Positions 36,106 through 50,533 of a DNA stretch of 64,000 nucleotides are shown here, in pieces (the first letter of the stretch is position 1; each line of letters begins with the position of its first letter). The notes under the pieces are model-generated. The model was not told the origin of the DNA. It was given only the letters and a program-made list of their open reading frames with translations, and ran no database searches. Made by a program: the position numbers and the translations under genes. The stretch spans positions 170,934,001-170,998,000 of the forward strand of contig CM059427.1 in NCBI GenBank assembly GCA_030390025.1, given 5' to 3'. The stretch is from Squalus acanthias (lineage: Eukaryota).

Positions 36106-39100
36106 CTACCTAATATACACTTGCAATGCTATTATAAATATGCATCTGTTGTCTGATGCCGATTTGCACAAGGTGTACTGGAATTGTAGATGGCAACATC
36201 CCTGTATATTATTTCTGAGGCGCTTAGAGATTTTGAGGGGAGAATATGCCTCTTCAGGACAGAGTTCCTGGCGAGCAGGATTTTAACCCGCCCTCCATAT
36301 CCATCCACCTCCTTGAACCATTTCCCTGGATCAGGGCTTAATGCATATATGTTAAGAAAGTGGTGATGCTGCAGTGGGGACACCGCTGTAGCACCAACTG
36401 AGGTGGCAAGAGACCTTAAAGAGGCAAAAGTGTCTGTAAATCAGATGGAAGGTTCCCACTCACCAAAACCAAGGCCTTCAGCAGCTAAGTGTTTGGGGCT
36501 GAGTGCAGGGAATGCTGGGCCTTTGCCATTGCATTCTGGAGCCTTGCACATAGCAGCCCCGGGAAGTGGCAATAACTGAGGTGGAAAGGAAGGAAATCCA
36601 GCATGGAGCTAGCACCCCCACTTCGCTGCTATTTGCATATGGTGGGTAGGGAAGGAGCAGTCAGTGGTGGTCCTGGCAAAGGTGGGCAGAAAAATGTGGG
36701 TCAGACGATCAGGCAGCAGTAGGCTGCCCAAATCTTCGACATTCTCCGCTGCAATCCCACCCAATTCCATGTAGGATCATGGAGGAGAATCCCTCCCCCT
36801 TTATCTCAAAAGAATCTCTCAGCTTGGGCTTTCATCACAATGACCCTCCAAATAGACAGCAAGACAAATAGAGTGTTTGCAAATAATAATACAACATAGA
36901 GGCAAATTTACTTATGGTAAAAATCTAGTATATAGAGGTAAGTGCTTTGGAGCAAAAACATGTCGGATTTTTAAAATATATTATAAGATGACATTCAGTC
37001 CTATAACAAATACTATGGTTTTAAAGCATTACTGTGTATTCCAACATCAATATATGCGTCACTGAGGAGGCATGGGTTAGATCTGTGAATCTCCACAAAG
37101 TGGTATGAGAAGCCTTTTTGGAAAGCACCAACTGGGAAGAATGGATAAAATCAGAAGAAAATTCATCTTGGCTTCAGGATCCAATGGCTGCTGTTACAGC
37201 TTCATTGGCTTCGGTCTGACAAGGAGGGCTTCTGACTATCTCCAACCCAGGGATGAGATAACCACAGAGAGAGAAAAAAAATCCCCATCAAAATTTTCTC
37301 CCATTACACTATCTCCTCTGAAGTCTAATGCTTGGTATAATTCCTTAAGCACCATCAGCTCTCTAGCACCTCATCCAAGTAGTCATCAGGGAATCCAGTG
37401 AGTGTCGCTGATGTTAAAAAAAAAATGGAAGAGCATCACACCGGAGCCAGATATTGTCCCCATCTAATAGTCACACTTCAGTAAGTGAACTTGGCAGCGA
37501 ACAGGACTGAGAAACCTGACTGATTTTTCTCTTCCCTAGCCTACAGATGTTGAACTCATTGGAGTAGGTTTGCTAGCGCACACAGGCCAGTGGTGGAAGC
37601 TGGAACCTTCCTGGACTCCGCAGCCAAATGTCACATTATTTGCTGCATTTATCTATTAAACCAACTTGAGGGAGGGAGGGGGAATTCACAAATAATTGTT
37701 TGGATGCAGGTTTTATCCCCCAAGCCCAGTATAAAGATTCAAGCATCAATTATTAAGAGTCTACAAGATTTGGCAAGGCAGGTCCAATACTTAATGCCAC
37801 AAAAGTGCCGTTTTACAATCTGTAGAGTTCAGATTTATTTTCCCCCATCAGAACATTAATTAGGTAACAAATGCCAAGGCATGTATGCATCAGGAACTTT
37901 ACTACAGCAGGGATTATTTTGGCAAAGCTGAATGTACTAAAATCCTTGGTGTACATACGCCTTGTCCTTAATTACTACCATCAAATCACAAGTTTGTCTT
38001 TTCATGTGACAAGGCAATTTCATGTGATTTTAAATAAAGATATCATACATTGTATAATTAGGAAACTATTCAAAGAATTGGAAGTGCATGAACAGCTGCA
38101 AGAAAAGGCACGTGAAGGGAACAGTTATATTTCAAAACAAACATTTAAAATGTGCATCTAGGACAGAAGAGACAAAGAAGCGTTGCAACCCTTATGTTTT
38201 TAACCAATTATCTAATGTTCTTTAAATCAGGACAAACTGTGCTGTTCTTGTACTGTAATCATAAACTATCCAAGCACATTGTTATTTACGAAGTCTAGCG
38301 TGACAGATACGGGGTAAACAAACTCCAATGCTTGATCAAGTTTACTGAAAGTTGTTCTTCAGGATAATGACCAACAGATATTATTAGGTGGTCTTGATTA
38401 AAAATTACAACAGCTGGTGGTATTATTAAAATATGCAGGTAATTTAATTGACAAAATAGTCTATGAGGAAATTACCACCAGCGCTAGCAGTTAATAAATA
38501 TTCACACATATACAGTGCAAAGAAAAGCCACAAAACTATCATGCTATATGTTTCTGGCATTTTTAAATCACTAGATTTAGTAGTAACACCTTCATCAGTG
38601 ATACCAGTTACTGATCAATTCCTTTCTTCACCCACCCACCTCAACAGGGTTTGGAATAACAAGTATATTTATATGCATCTGCCAGAATCTGCAGTAGGCT
38701 CTGCATGCACGTCAGGCAGCAGAACTATCAAGCAATGAAATTGATCAAAACTGTTATAAAGGTTAGAGGTGCCATGTGCCATTATTTCAGCACATTTGTG
38801 GAAATAGGCAATTAAGAAGTTAGTTTGAGAAATGATGTAGCTATTAAATATTATCTTCAATAATTTTAAGAGCTTTGATTATTTTCTCAGGGAACTAGCT
38901 TATTCGTATTGAGCTAATGTTTTAAAGGAGTGAATTTTACTGCAATTCACTCTCAATGCCTGCTGACACTCATGTCCAGGTTCTCACATTAAGAATGGCC
39001 ATTCTGCTGAGGTATGGCCCTTAGAGCTGTAGCCTCCTTCAGAAGAGGAGTTGAAAGAGAAAAAACAGAGAAGACTTATTTGTCATAGACCAGAGGACCC

Positions 39101-39145
39101 ATCCCATTTCAGATAAGAATCTCTATGTTATATGTATATAGTTTA

Positions 39146-39463
39146 TGTCTGTTCCCACTAGTTGATGGTACAAGGACTAGAGGACACAAATTTAAGGTTT
39201 TGGGCAAGAGATATAGGGGGCGATGTGAGGAGAAAAAAATTTACGTAGCGAGTGGTGAGGACCTGGAACTCGCTGCTGACGGAAGTGGTGGAAGCGGAGA
39301 CACAATGTTTTCAAGGGGAGACTGGATAGGCACTTGAGGGAAATAAACTTGCAGGGCTACGGGGATAGAGCGGGGGAATGGGACTGACTGGATTGCTCTG
39401 CAGAGAGCCGGCACGGACTCGATGGGCCGAATGGCCTCCTCTATGCTGTTATGACTCTATGAC
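39146..39463 (+). mobile_element. CR1 3' end (different subfamily)
   Basis: LFPLVDGTRTRGHKFKV; gggccgaatggcctcct; (atgactct)n tail. Confidence 0.85.
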
Positions 39464-41886
39464 TAGTATTATAATAATTTAAAAATGGCTCCTGTGACTG
39501 TTTAATGGGAGGCGATTTCTGTTGTCTTCATGAAGGAGAGAATACACAAATTGCCTGGGTTTGACATTGAAGTATGAGAGCGTGTTGGGGATGGGGAGGT
39601 TTTCTGCACGTTTATTTATAAACAGTCCCTCATCAGGTCCAAATTGATTGGCCAGACTGTTCAGGTTTGTGACATGTTAATATATAAAGAGATTCCATTG
39701 TTATCCTTAATTCCAGAACCATCAAAAATAAGTTTAATTTTTCAAAAGCTAACTGGCTGTACATTGTCAGAATAGCATCCCCTGGTTAAAGCCAACCCAA
39801 GGTGTTACTGCCAATCAAGATGCTATACAAGCCATCTTTTACTACTGTGTCTTTTCTCTGCTTTTGGCTATACAGTTCCGTCTCCAGAGGCAGTACAGGT
39901 TAGGAATAAAAATAGATGCTACAGGTGATTGTTTCAATTCACACTTTTGCACCATTTAGCTCCAAATTGCAGTGGTGAGCTCGGGAACCCTAGGGATCCT
40001 TGAAGCATCTAGGATTATGTATTTCTGACACAGCTTAAGAATTTGAATAAAAAGACTCAAAGTATCTTGAAACGATTGGTTGGGTTGGACTAAGAAAATC
40101 TGTGGAAATAATACTCTGCTATCTAATTTACTGACTTTTTAAATATCTGTATAAACTTACTTGTTAAAATATTAGCTCCGTAGTTTTTAACCTAAGCTAC
40201 AAAGTCTGGCAGTACGATGATATCAGTTTGGAAAGATCTGGAGCACATGATGGGCAGACTTATTTATTTGTAATGCATTCCCCAATGGTAGAAAGGTTCA
40301 GTGTTTGCCCTGCGTCCGTGCTATCCCAGCTAATTTATGCAGGCGGCCAGTTTGGTTCTCAGGGAGCAAGGGGTTGCCTACAGGAGCCAAACTTTGCAAT
40401 GACCATGGGTAAAAAGTATTGGGAAGAAGCCTGAATTGTAACATGTGGATACTGTTGTTAAAATGCAATTTTAATTCTGTCCTCACCAAATAGAACTTAT
40501 TTTGGGTAGTACATCATGCAGAATTTTGAACAGAAAACGGCAATGTCATGGTACAAAAAATAACTAAAGAAAACCCCAAAGCATAGATAATCAATATACT
40601 TCTCCATGAATGTAAAGAAATTATTAAATTGAGGGGCTCAGGCAACCATAGGCTACTTCAACTTTGTTGATGAGGTTTGCAGTGCCATGCACCCATTTCC
40701 TTGACTGAATCATTATTGCCTTACATTTCAGACTGAGGTATCAATTACCCTATTTAAAATTATACTGGACCTTACTTGCAAAGATGCATTCAGGTTGTTG
40801 TGGTCACACTGAACATTGGAGCAACAACGTACGTCACAATTGGGTATAGATTCTATCCCCCACTCCACTCACTTCCCACCTGAGGCACAACTATCTGATC
40901 CTCATCAAGTCACTGTTGTATACTCTTAGCCATAACTGGCCAAAAAGGGTTTAGGAATATTGTCCAAAAGACCTGGGAAATTCTGGGAGGAAGAATTCTG
41001 ATGGCTCTTGCCATTACAGGCTAAATACCCCAATTAGAGAAGAAAAATTGAAAAGTATTGAGTTATAGTAATGCAGTCTAAATAAGAGAGAGAGTCTGGC
41101 AGAAATTACTAGAGGTGCTGGCATTGCTCCATTAAAATATCCCCATTATTAATTGCTGTACATTAAACTGGTCAGTACCCACAGCAATGTCATGTACTGA
41201 TTTCCTCAAAAATCACACACACACACAGAATATTTCCTATGCAACAGTAGAACGTCTGCCTGCTTAATTCATTTCAGCACAAATACACACCTTATGCTTA
41301 TAGAGCACCTGCCACATATTTGAATGATTCTGGAGTATTCAAACAGATTCATATATTTGAATTATTTAATCAGTTGCATATACTCCTGGAATAAAGTGAC
41401 TTCTGTTGAATAAGCAAGTAAATAAGTCAATGAGGATTTCCATCTTCTCAGATGTAGGATGCAAATATACTATTAATTAGCTCTTTCCCTGAAACACTAC
41501 TTGACAACATCATCCCAAGTCAAGCTGACCATGAAAATGTAAACAAATAATTTAAACGAAAAATAGATTTTTTTTTAAAAAAGCATTTTATTACCTAACT
41601 CTAACTCCTGGCTACAAGGTTTCTTTGTTTGCCAATTTTCTCATTTGCTCTGCTGATGGTGGGGTACTGCTTGGGTTTCACCAGCAGTCCTCCTCTGTCA
41701 TATCAGAGTGGCCATTCTCCATTTATGAGCCTAAATAGTAATTGTTGACAGGGCGCTTAACCTGGAGAGGCATAACAGCTGAGCCTGATCCTGTCCTTAA
41801 ACGCCATGGAGGCATCAATAGATAGTAACCAGGAATGAGTAAACTTTGGTTGATTTTTCTCCCCTTCCCAGCCATGGAAACATTTA

Positions 41887-42059
41887 GAGGCAAATTTTCA
41901 ACTTGCCACCCAAGCGTAAAACTAGCATTGAGGAGAGGCCGTCCGTTACAGAAACCGTCTGGTTTTCATATCCATTGATTCAATGGAACTGAAAAATTGG
42001 ATGGTTTCTATAACGGATGGCCGACTCAACACCAGGGCGACAAATTGAAAGTCTACCCC
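41887..42059. mobile_element. Almost fully palindromic MITE inserted in a family B SINE
   Basis: Arms gccgtccgttacagaaaccgtc / gatggtttctataacggatggc around central ccattgattcaatgg. Confidence 0.75.
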
Positions 42060-43332
42060 GTAAGTTTCCTCACTGCCCATTGGTTAAGATCAGCTAACCA
42101 GAGACCAAAGCTGCTACTTCTTTGTCTGTATAGCTCAGTATCATTCCACAAAGTACATTTGAACAGACATTGTGGGAGTCTGATTTTTATAGACAAACTA
42201 AACTTCATTCTCGACAGGCTTCAGTGAAGTGTTTCATTTCTCCAATCAACTCTTGAACAGATGGTAAATGTCACAGAGAAAGTGGTTTTTAAATGATGTG
42301 CACTGCAGCTAAAATGCTCCAAGGGCTTGGTAGAAAAGCAAGATTAATATTGATACTAAATTATCCCCCAACTTAATTTCAGTTTCAATTTTTTTTTAAC
42401 TGCAGTCAAGATAATGTCAAATGTTAATATTTAGAATTATGGTCAGCAATTCCAAGGAAGAGGGCGCTTATAAAATTGGTGTCTAAAATGTATGCACATG
42501 AAGCTTATAAATCAAAATATAATTTACAGTTTATGAAACAAATACAGTTTCAGTCACTCAATTCTTTAATTTACAGCCATTAAGAAAAAAATGACCTGCA
42601 TTCTGCATTTGAATCTGAAATAAGCCATTGCAGTTGAGGTTTGACAGCTATCCGAGATAATTATAGTATCAGGACTTCGAAATCGGGACAGCGGTTTTCA
42701 AAATGTAGATATTGGTCTGTGCATGTCAGCAGATTTCTGTAATCAATCAATCATGCACATCAAAATCCTAAACGGTGAGTACTGCATCCCATCCCAACTA
42801 CTCCCCCTCCCAGGATAGATATACTCAGTCGTTTCCTTTTCTTTTCAAATCAGTGCTAATGAAAATGAAGTGTGATTCCTAAATCTTTATTGAGAGATGA
42901 ACAAACACCATCACTTACAAAGTAGACCGGAGTACAAAAGTCTCTCCATTTAAAAATTGCAGCAGGTTGTAGTCAGGTTTCAGTATTGACTTAGTGTAGA
43001 TTTCACAGACCTTGGTGCAGTACAAATGACCTCACTTAACTTGGTCATAAATGCCTCAATATCACAAGCCTGTTTAATACATATTGCATGAATACGCGAC
43101 TGAAAAGAGCAGATACATGATTTTCCTATATACATTTTAATATCATGGCTTGTTACAGTACATTACCATATTTAAACTCAACAATAGATTTTCCTCAAGG
43201 TAGATAAAACAGTTATATGGCTATATCTCACTCAAATAATTCTGAGTAAGTCAAAACCACATAAATGAAGCTCAAAGGGCTTTACAAAGGCATTTATAAT
43301 GGAAGACTAGTTATATACAGCACAACCTGCAG

Positions 43333-43535
43333 AATCAGAAGGCCGTGGGTTCAAGCCCCACTCCAGAGACTTGAGCACATAATCTAGCAACACCAGTGTA
43401 GTACTGAGGGAGTGCTGCACCTTTGGAGGAGCCGTCTTTCGGATGAGACGTTAAACCAAGGCCCCATCTGCTCTCAGGTGGATGTAAAAGCTCCCATTGC
43501 ACTTTTCAAAAATGGGCAGAGGAGAATACTCTCCA
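43333..43535 (+). mobile_element. Partial Deu-domain SINE
   Basis: Collinear with 31390-31590. Confidence 0.85.
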
Positions 43536-43559
43536 ATGGTCTTGTATCTTCCTCTGCTA

Positions 43560-44450
43560 CAAACATGCAAAACATGACTGACAGGAAAAATCCTACTGGT
43601 CCATTCAGCCTGTCCCATACAGTTGTGATGGCTTGTGCATCACAATACATACACTTCCGACCCTACCCAGAAGCCATGTAATCTCCAGGGAGAGGTGAAA
43701 AAACTTATGCTTCAAAAACATTTATCCAATTTTCCCTTAAAAGATGCAATGGTCTCTGCCTCAACCATTCCCTGAGGCAAAGCATTCCATGTTCCAACAA
43801 CCCTTTGCACAAAGATATTTTTCCTAACTTCTCTCCCCATGCTTGGTGAAAATTTTAAATTGATGACCCTAAGTTTCTGACTCGCTGACTATTTACTCTA
43901 TCAAAAAGCCTTCATAATTTAAAAAACCTCCAATAAATCTCCTCTTGGGCTTCCCTGCACTAGTAGAAATAGTCCCAGTATTTAAAACCTCTCTTCATAA
44001 CAATAACCACCCCCCCGCCCCCCAATCACTGGCATCATCCTGATGAATCTAAGTTGTACACTCTCTATGGCTTTAGTGTGCTTCCTATAATGGGGTGCAC
44101 AAAACTACACACAATACACTAACTATGGCCTAACCAATGGTGTTTACAAATGTATAGTTACTTCTTCACTCTTGTACTCTATGCCCCTATTTTTAAAAAC
44201 CTCCCAAATTGTATTGCCCTTTTATGGCTTTATCAACCTGCACTTGTACTTGTACTTTCAGGGAATTATGTATTTGAATCCTCGGGTCTCTCTGTTCATC
44301 CACACCCTTCAGTGTCTTTCCATTGAGTGTATACTCCCAAAATGTTTTAACTCACACTTATCCACATTAAATTGTATTTTCCACTTGTCTACCAGTTCCT
44401 TTAACCGTACTTAAGTCTTCCTAAAGTCTTTTACAGTCCTCCTCCTCAAT
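43560..44450 (-). mobile_element. Old CR1 3' fragment
   Basis: Degenerate reverse complement of the RP.LEYCVQF and 3' UTR regions. Confidence 0.7.
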
Positions 44451-46734
44451 TACCAAACCCCATAGAGCTCACTCTCAATTTCATATTAAGCACACATTTT
44501 ATAATTTCAACTGAGAAAAACTGTGGCTCGAGTTCCAACCTATATACCAGATCTTGAGCTTTGGGGAGACGGCATGGGACAAGAGGGAATAGTAGAGGGA
44601 GCTTTACTCCCTGGCCATGCTTAGCCACATTCTGGCAGCGAGTTCAAAACAGCACTGGTTGAAGCCCTAAAATAGATGCGAGATTGGAAACTGGGGAAAA
44701 TAAGAAAGATCTTGCTTTTATAATAAAAGACCTGAACTTTACAACAAATAAAAGGCACTTTTTGTTTTGCTTGTGATGAAAATTCATGCCTTTTTTCTCG
44801 ATTTTACTTTTTCTCTATTCATTTCAATTGTATGCATTTTTATTACTGCAGCATTTTGTTCTGTTTGCCTGTCACTTTTAATACAGTACACAATTTATCT
44901 GCCCAGTGTGTCCATGGTTTCATGATCATAGTCTGCCGATGCTGCTGAATAGGTGCAGAAAGTTCATTGCAGTCAATTTCAAATGACCTTTGTTTGGTTT
45001 CTAATTGATTACTTTTGATTTTCCTTCATTTCCTTTTACATTTTGCGATGCAAGTCCAATTTCGTGTTAGACATGTAGTTGTTTAAAGGTCTCTGCAATA
45101 GCATTTCTATGCCCAAATCAAAAATATCATATTACATGCCTTATGAATGGCAGCAGGTTACTTCCTCCATACCCTCTGTCAGTACTGCTGTTAATTTTAG
45201 TTCCTCCCAATGACAAAATGCATGCTTTCCACTTGGTGCTGTGGATGACAGCAAGAACTCTGAGGCATGACAGATGTTGGAAACACAACAGGGATTATTA
45301 ATGGGATGAAAATTAGGCGGGTTCGACAATGATTGGGCGATCTGTTCCGCCAGATTTTCACCAAGGTGGTGATGGCGAAATTGATCCCCAATACGTTGCA
45401 ACAAAGATAGCATACCTCGGGACTAGATGGAAGAGTGCAGCAGAAAAAGAGCCTAAACTGACTGGAGGCTGTAGAGTCAGAACTTGGCCATTTTTTTTTT
45501 AATTTAGAGGTGATTGAATAAAAAGCAAAAGCAGCAAGTGGCTCGGAACGAGCCTTGGATCGGGGAGAAAGGGCGAAGGTAGGGTAGATCCAGAGAAACT
45601 ATTTCCTCTGGTGGGGAAATCTAGAATAAAGAGATACAATCTTATAATTGAACTAGATAATTTTCCTTCTTGGGGGTTTAATGATGTTAGCAAAGTTTGA
45701 CCTCTTGATATGTTACTGTTTTGTAATATACTCTTTCCTGTGTTTACAATATCTGCATTATCATAATATCACACAAACCTGAATCTTAGAATCATTAGTG
45801 TGTTTAAATACAGAAACAGCCATTTGGTCCATCAATCAGTGAAATCAGCGAACTATGTTTTGATATTTTCTAACGAGAATAGTGTGGTCTGTGGTCAACA
45901 GTGATGTCTATCCATACAAGACCTAGACAATTTAAAGCAACTGAATTTGCCAATTCCCAGGTAATCAACTCAACAATATATGCCTCAGTAGAACAAGTTA
46001 AAGCAAGACAGAAGTATATTTAAATTAAAACTGTTGATAATATTAAACATTAGAAACAGTTAGTCTGCATCTTCCCTGAAGTGAATATCTATCCTTCTGT
46101 TAACATTTTACTTATGTATTATTCAATAGTTTCTTCTCACTTACTCCTGCACCCAAATTGTCCTGCTCCATTAGGCATTGTCCCTCCTGCTTACCTGCTA
46201 AACTCTTTTTTGTCCCACCATGGTTTGAAATCTGACTCAGTTGTGATATTTTTGAGCTGATTCACACTAAAATCCCTGGTGTAAGACGTTCAAGGAGAAA
46301 AACAAATCTTCAGCTGACACAGATATCTTGGCATCCATGTGACTCCACCTTGGGCAGCAAAAATTCTCTAGCAAGGGATAACGCCTGTCGGACTGTGTGC
46401 ATAAGTGCTCGAGTAGTTGTTGGGTAAGGTCAGTCTTGGTTTTGAGCGCACTTACGCTCAAATAGCTTGCTGATACTCACTGAAGACACAGAATCACACA
46501 TTGTGTCCTGTAACTGGAGTATCACTGATACCTGTCATCCTGTACTCCAGCACAAGCCTAGCTTCAGATGGGGGAAGAGGTGCAAAGAGAAAGGGAATAA
46601 CAGAAAAAATGGCTCAAAAAAGTAACTGAATTAGTATCTCTTGAACCAATCCACAGATTAATAGGGTTTACATTTTAAAATTAATGTTTACATTAAACTT
46701 TATCCTCTTTGCCAGTCGCCTATGCTCCACCCAC

Positions 46735-46950
46735 CATGAATTCCAACTTCCTCGCCCCTATTCTCTGTAATTTCCTCCCTAAATCCCTCCATTTCTCTCT
46801 TCACCTTTTAAAAACCTTGACTACGTTTTTTTTGGTCACCTCTCCTAACTCTCCCATTATGGCCTAGTGTCTATTACTTCTCCATCTGCATAGGGTCTTG
46901 GGGTGTTTTCTGCATTAAAGATGCTATACAAGTACAAGTTATCATCGTTG
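46735..46950 (+). mobile_element. Degenerate L2 3' tail
   Basis: ctctgtaatttcctccctaaa...aaagatgctatacaagtacaagtt. Confidence 0.6.
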
Positions 46951-47996
46951 ATTTGTACCCTAGTTGTGGTCCTAATCATAACTCAGATCAGCTTACTCAA
47001 GGGATATAATTGTATTTCATGGCTACACATTGTATACCTTCTCTATAATTATCGGCTGGACAAATTTTGAAATTCAAACTGAAATTCCAGGATGTAACTA
47101 CAATGATCAATAGGCACTGCAGCTGGTTTGGAAACAAAACGTCGATAAATACACTAACAGAAGCTATTTGGTCGCCTACAGAAGCTTAATTTGGCAGCAA
47201 ATTGGATGGTTTGCACTTCCATTACATAGTTAATATTAGCAATACTGTGACCTTTAATGATCTGTGTGAGTGGAAAGGGCAAGTGAGTGTGTAGTCTCTC
47301 ATCTCCACCCAAGAATGGTTGGCAACAAATATAATTCCAGTTTAATTTGAAGATTTTTTCTCAAAAGGCATTTACATTCTTCCAATATCCAGGTGATTAT
47401 CTTTTCCATTATCTCTTTGGATATTAAGTGATACTCATGAAATGTTGACCACATAACACTATTCATATTAAAAAGTTACTTATTAGGAGTTAGACTGGTA
47501 TGAATAATTGCTTTCTCTGTGTACACAACATCCAGCACAGAAGCCAGTACAAATTGTGTTGTGAAATCAAGCTTAAGATAGCATAGTATAATGAATTTGC
47601 TCCCAGCACTTTTGTATAATTATGTAGAAGTTGTGATTGCCTCAAATACTTAATAAAATAGAAAATAGGGACATAATTCTAAATAGGAAAATACATACAA
47701 CAAACATCATAATACCATGGTGGGTGCCAACCAGTCAAATCACTATACTCTAGCAAGTACAAGTTTTTTTTGAACGTATATATTTGCACCATTAGAGGAT
47801 TTCACATGCTAGCTTTATTTAAATTTTGTTGTCAGTTACTGCAATGCCATGGGTTCTGGATTCTATGTTGTCTTCTTTTACAGATCTTAATCACCCAGAC
47901 CTGGTATTTCATTTAATTCATGTGTGCCTGACTGGCCAGCATTAATTGGATTCAGATAGGTCGATAGGCACTAAAATCGCACTTTTAGATGAAGCA

Positions 47997-48006
47997 TCTC
48001 TGTCTG

Positions 48007-48038
<32 letters not shown>
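47997..48038 (+). repeat. Compound (TC)n(CA)n microsatellite
   Basis: Seen directly. Confidence 0.9.
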
Positions 48039-49794
48039 TTATGTAAACAGCGGCTCAATTTTTCACAAAGCTCAACAACTGATAATATAATGCTTAAGCC
48101 GCTGTACCTAAAAAATAAATGCCAGGGTTTATTTTTGATTTTAAAAAATGCTTGCATTTTTGTTCTGTTTGAATTGTGAGCTTTTCAGTTTTAGGTTCCT
48201 CTTATGCCACTAGTGCATATCATAGCAGATGCCGCCAGCCAGAGAATTATATGTAGTTGACATGTGATGATGCCTCATACCGAATTAATGCATGTGATAT
48301 AATTACTGTTAGTTTCCTGTATGATAAAGCAGTCATAACCATTACATGTTAATAGTATATTGCCCACTAGGCTGAGGAGTAAAGGCAGGGAGTGAGGGGG
48401 TGTGCAGGATGGGGAGTGAACGTAAGAATAAAGCAGGAGCAAGTGAATTGAGTGTTCCTGTGTCCCGGCCCAGAATTTGTGGAGATATGGCCAAGCTTAT
48501 AGGAGAAGGTGGGTTTTAACTCACGAGAGGGGAAACCCGCACGGGATTGATGTTAATTATAATTTACATGCCACACTTCAATATGTCTGTGAAAAACTAG
48601 AACCTCAAATCACAGCCTATATTAAACCAATTAGAAAGTTTATGCATTAGGCTTCAGACACAAAAAACTGTATTAAATAGATTTTACAAAAAAGGTAACT
48701 GACACCAATGAGTTCAAGGTTGTAATCGAATCTCTGGGTTCACAGTGGTGATGAGCCACTCAAACTGCACTTTAGCAATATCTGATATCACCTGTGCCCC
48801 TATTAGATTACAACTGTGTAACTCATTCCAAGGCTCCCAGCATTCTCTGCAAAACCAAGAAAAATGATTTATTGGATTGGGTGTTTCGATTTTTATGCAC
48901 TACAGATTACTGCATTTGATCTGATTTGCATTTCTTATTTTTGGAATGGAGCATGGAGTCAACTTTAGCATCATTTTTTATTTACTATTTAGTAATGGCG
49001 TCATACAGCAAACAGTGCACAAGTAAAACCCTAGAGCATCAGCCCATTATGCGAGTAGCGGAGGTCTGACCCTAAAGCAGGTGGCAGCAGTATGCAAATG
49101 TTGTCAGCTATCCTTCCTTTAATGAGAAGAATACTTCATAACGCTAGTCACAAAGGATTTAGCAGCTCACATTATCGCTTCTCTGCAAATAGTATCATTT
49201 ACCAATCTGGGCAAAACATAAAGCAACTGATCTGCATGCTTTGTTAGGATCAATTTCAGAAGCACTGGATGCAAATTAATACAAAGTTTGCTCCTTGTGT
49301 GGTGAATAATGGAATGATGGTCCTATTTCACATAAGCGTTATAGGTGTGCTTGCCTTGACCTACTGCATATAATAACAGTACAGTAATTGCCATTGTATT
49401 ATATATTTCCTAAAGAATTTTCAAACATCCACATAAATGCCCTGTATCTCATTACTATGTCAAAAAAGCAAAAGGATCACCGTTACCATTTTTTAAGAAC
49501 AATACAAGACAAGATGGAGACTTTAAGTTAACTGATTTCAGAGATTGGGAAAAAATTATTTTCAATATAGCCTTATTTATTAGCATTACTCTACATTAAC
49601 CCACACCTGATTTTTCATAAAATGGAAGGTAACTAGACATCAATTTCTTTCTCTTATTGAAAATTAGGATGGTTAACTCACCTATTTTTGCATGAAAAAT
49701 ACATATTTTACAGCCTGCTACACTTCACCCTGGCCAACATACATTTGTCCAGATTTTGTTCCCGGGTAATTAAATGAAAATAAAGACAGCCAAT

Positions 49795-50110
49795 CAAATG
49801 GCCTAGTGCGTAAAAAAAACTTTCTGGCATAGTACGAAGCCATATACATCAAAAGGTCCAAGGTTCAGTTCCTGGTCTGTGCTGAGTTAGCCGATCTCTG
49901 CCAGGGAGACACAACTGGTCTCAGTGTGGGGAATCAGCCAGGGATTGCACTCAATCACTATCCAATGACCAAATGCTGGAAAGCGAACATGTGGGTTTGA
50001 CTATGATGCTTTCTCTGGTCAAACAGACTGCCAGCACTCAATAACCAGGCTCAAACATGAATAATGGCCCATAAAACCATATCCCAGTAATAATGAGCAC
50101 CTTCAGTAGT
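49795..50110 (+). mobile_element. Old SINE-like family B copy with recognisable head
   Basis: tggcctagtgcgt ... ggttcagttcctggtctgtgctgagttagc. Confidence 0.55.
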
Positions 50111-50309
50111 CTACGGGAAGGAAAGGGAAGAAAATTGACAAAATAAAAATAACAGTAGTGACCGCATACATTGCCGGAGGTGATAGATCCCACAATCACC
50201 TATCGTTCGACTGCTCAAGCAGGTTTGGACTGGGGAGAGGCAGCATAATTCAGAATGTGTACCTTAATACTTCCATTTTGTTACAAAAGGTAGGTACTGC
50301 AAGGAATTC

Positions 50310-50533
50310 AGGACCAGAGTGATCTCCTGAACTATTTTTGATAGCCTATGTGAATCAGAGAGGAATTTCCCAGATTTTTCCTCCAAAATTGGGTTTTTAA
50401 TCATCTCTCCCAGGAGATCACATGTTTTTTGGGTAGGGTGGAGAGTGTATATATTGTGATATATAAGGTATCACAATTCTGTGGACCGGCTGGATGGACC
50501 AGAGGGTCTTTTCCCATCAGTCATTGTTCGTAT
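50310..50533 (+). mobile_element. CR1-type 3' UTR remnant
   Basis: ggctggatggaccagagggtcttttcc stem-loop tail motif. Confidence 0.55.

Noticed and set aside
46185-46225. Recursive splice site or first exon (accATGG...tagcag|gtaagc, minus strand)
   Set aside because: No pyrimidine tract before the AG, and the ATG frame stops (TAG) before the donor
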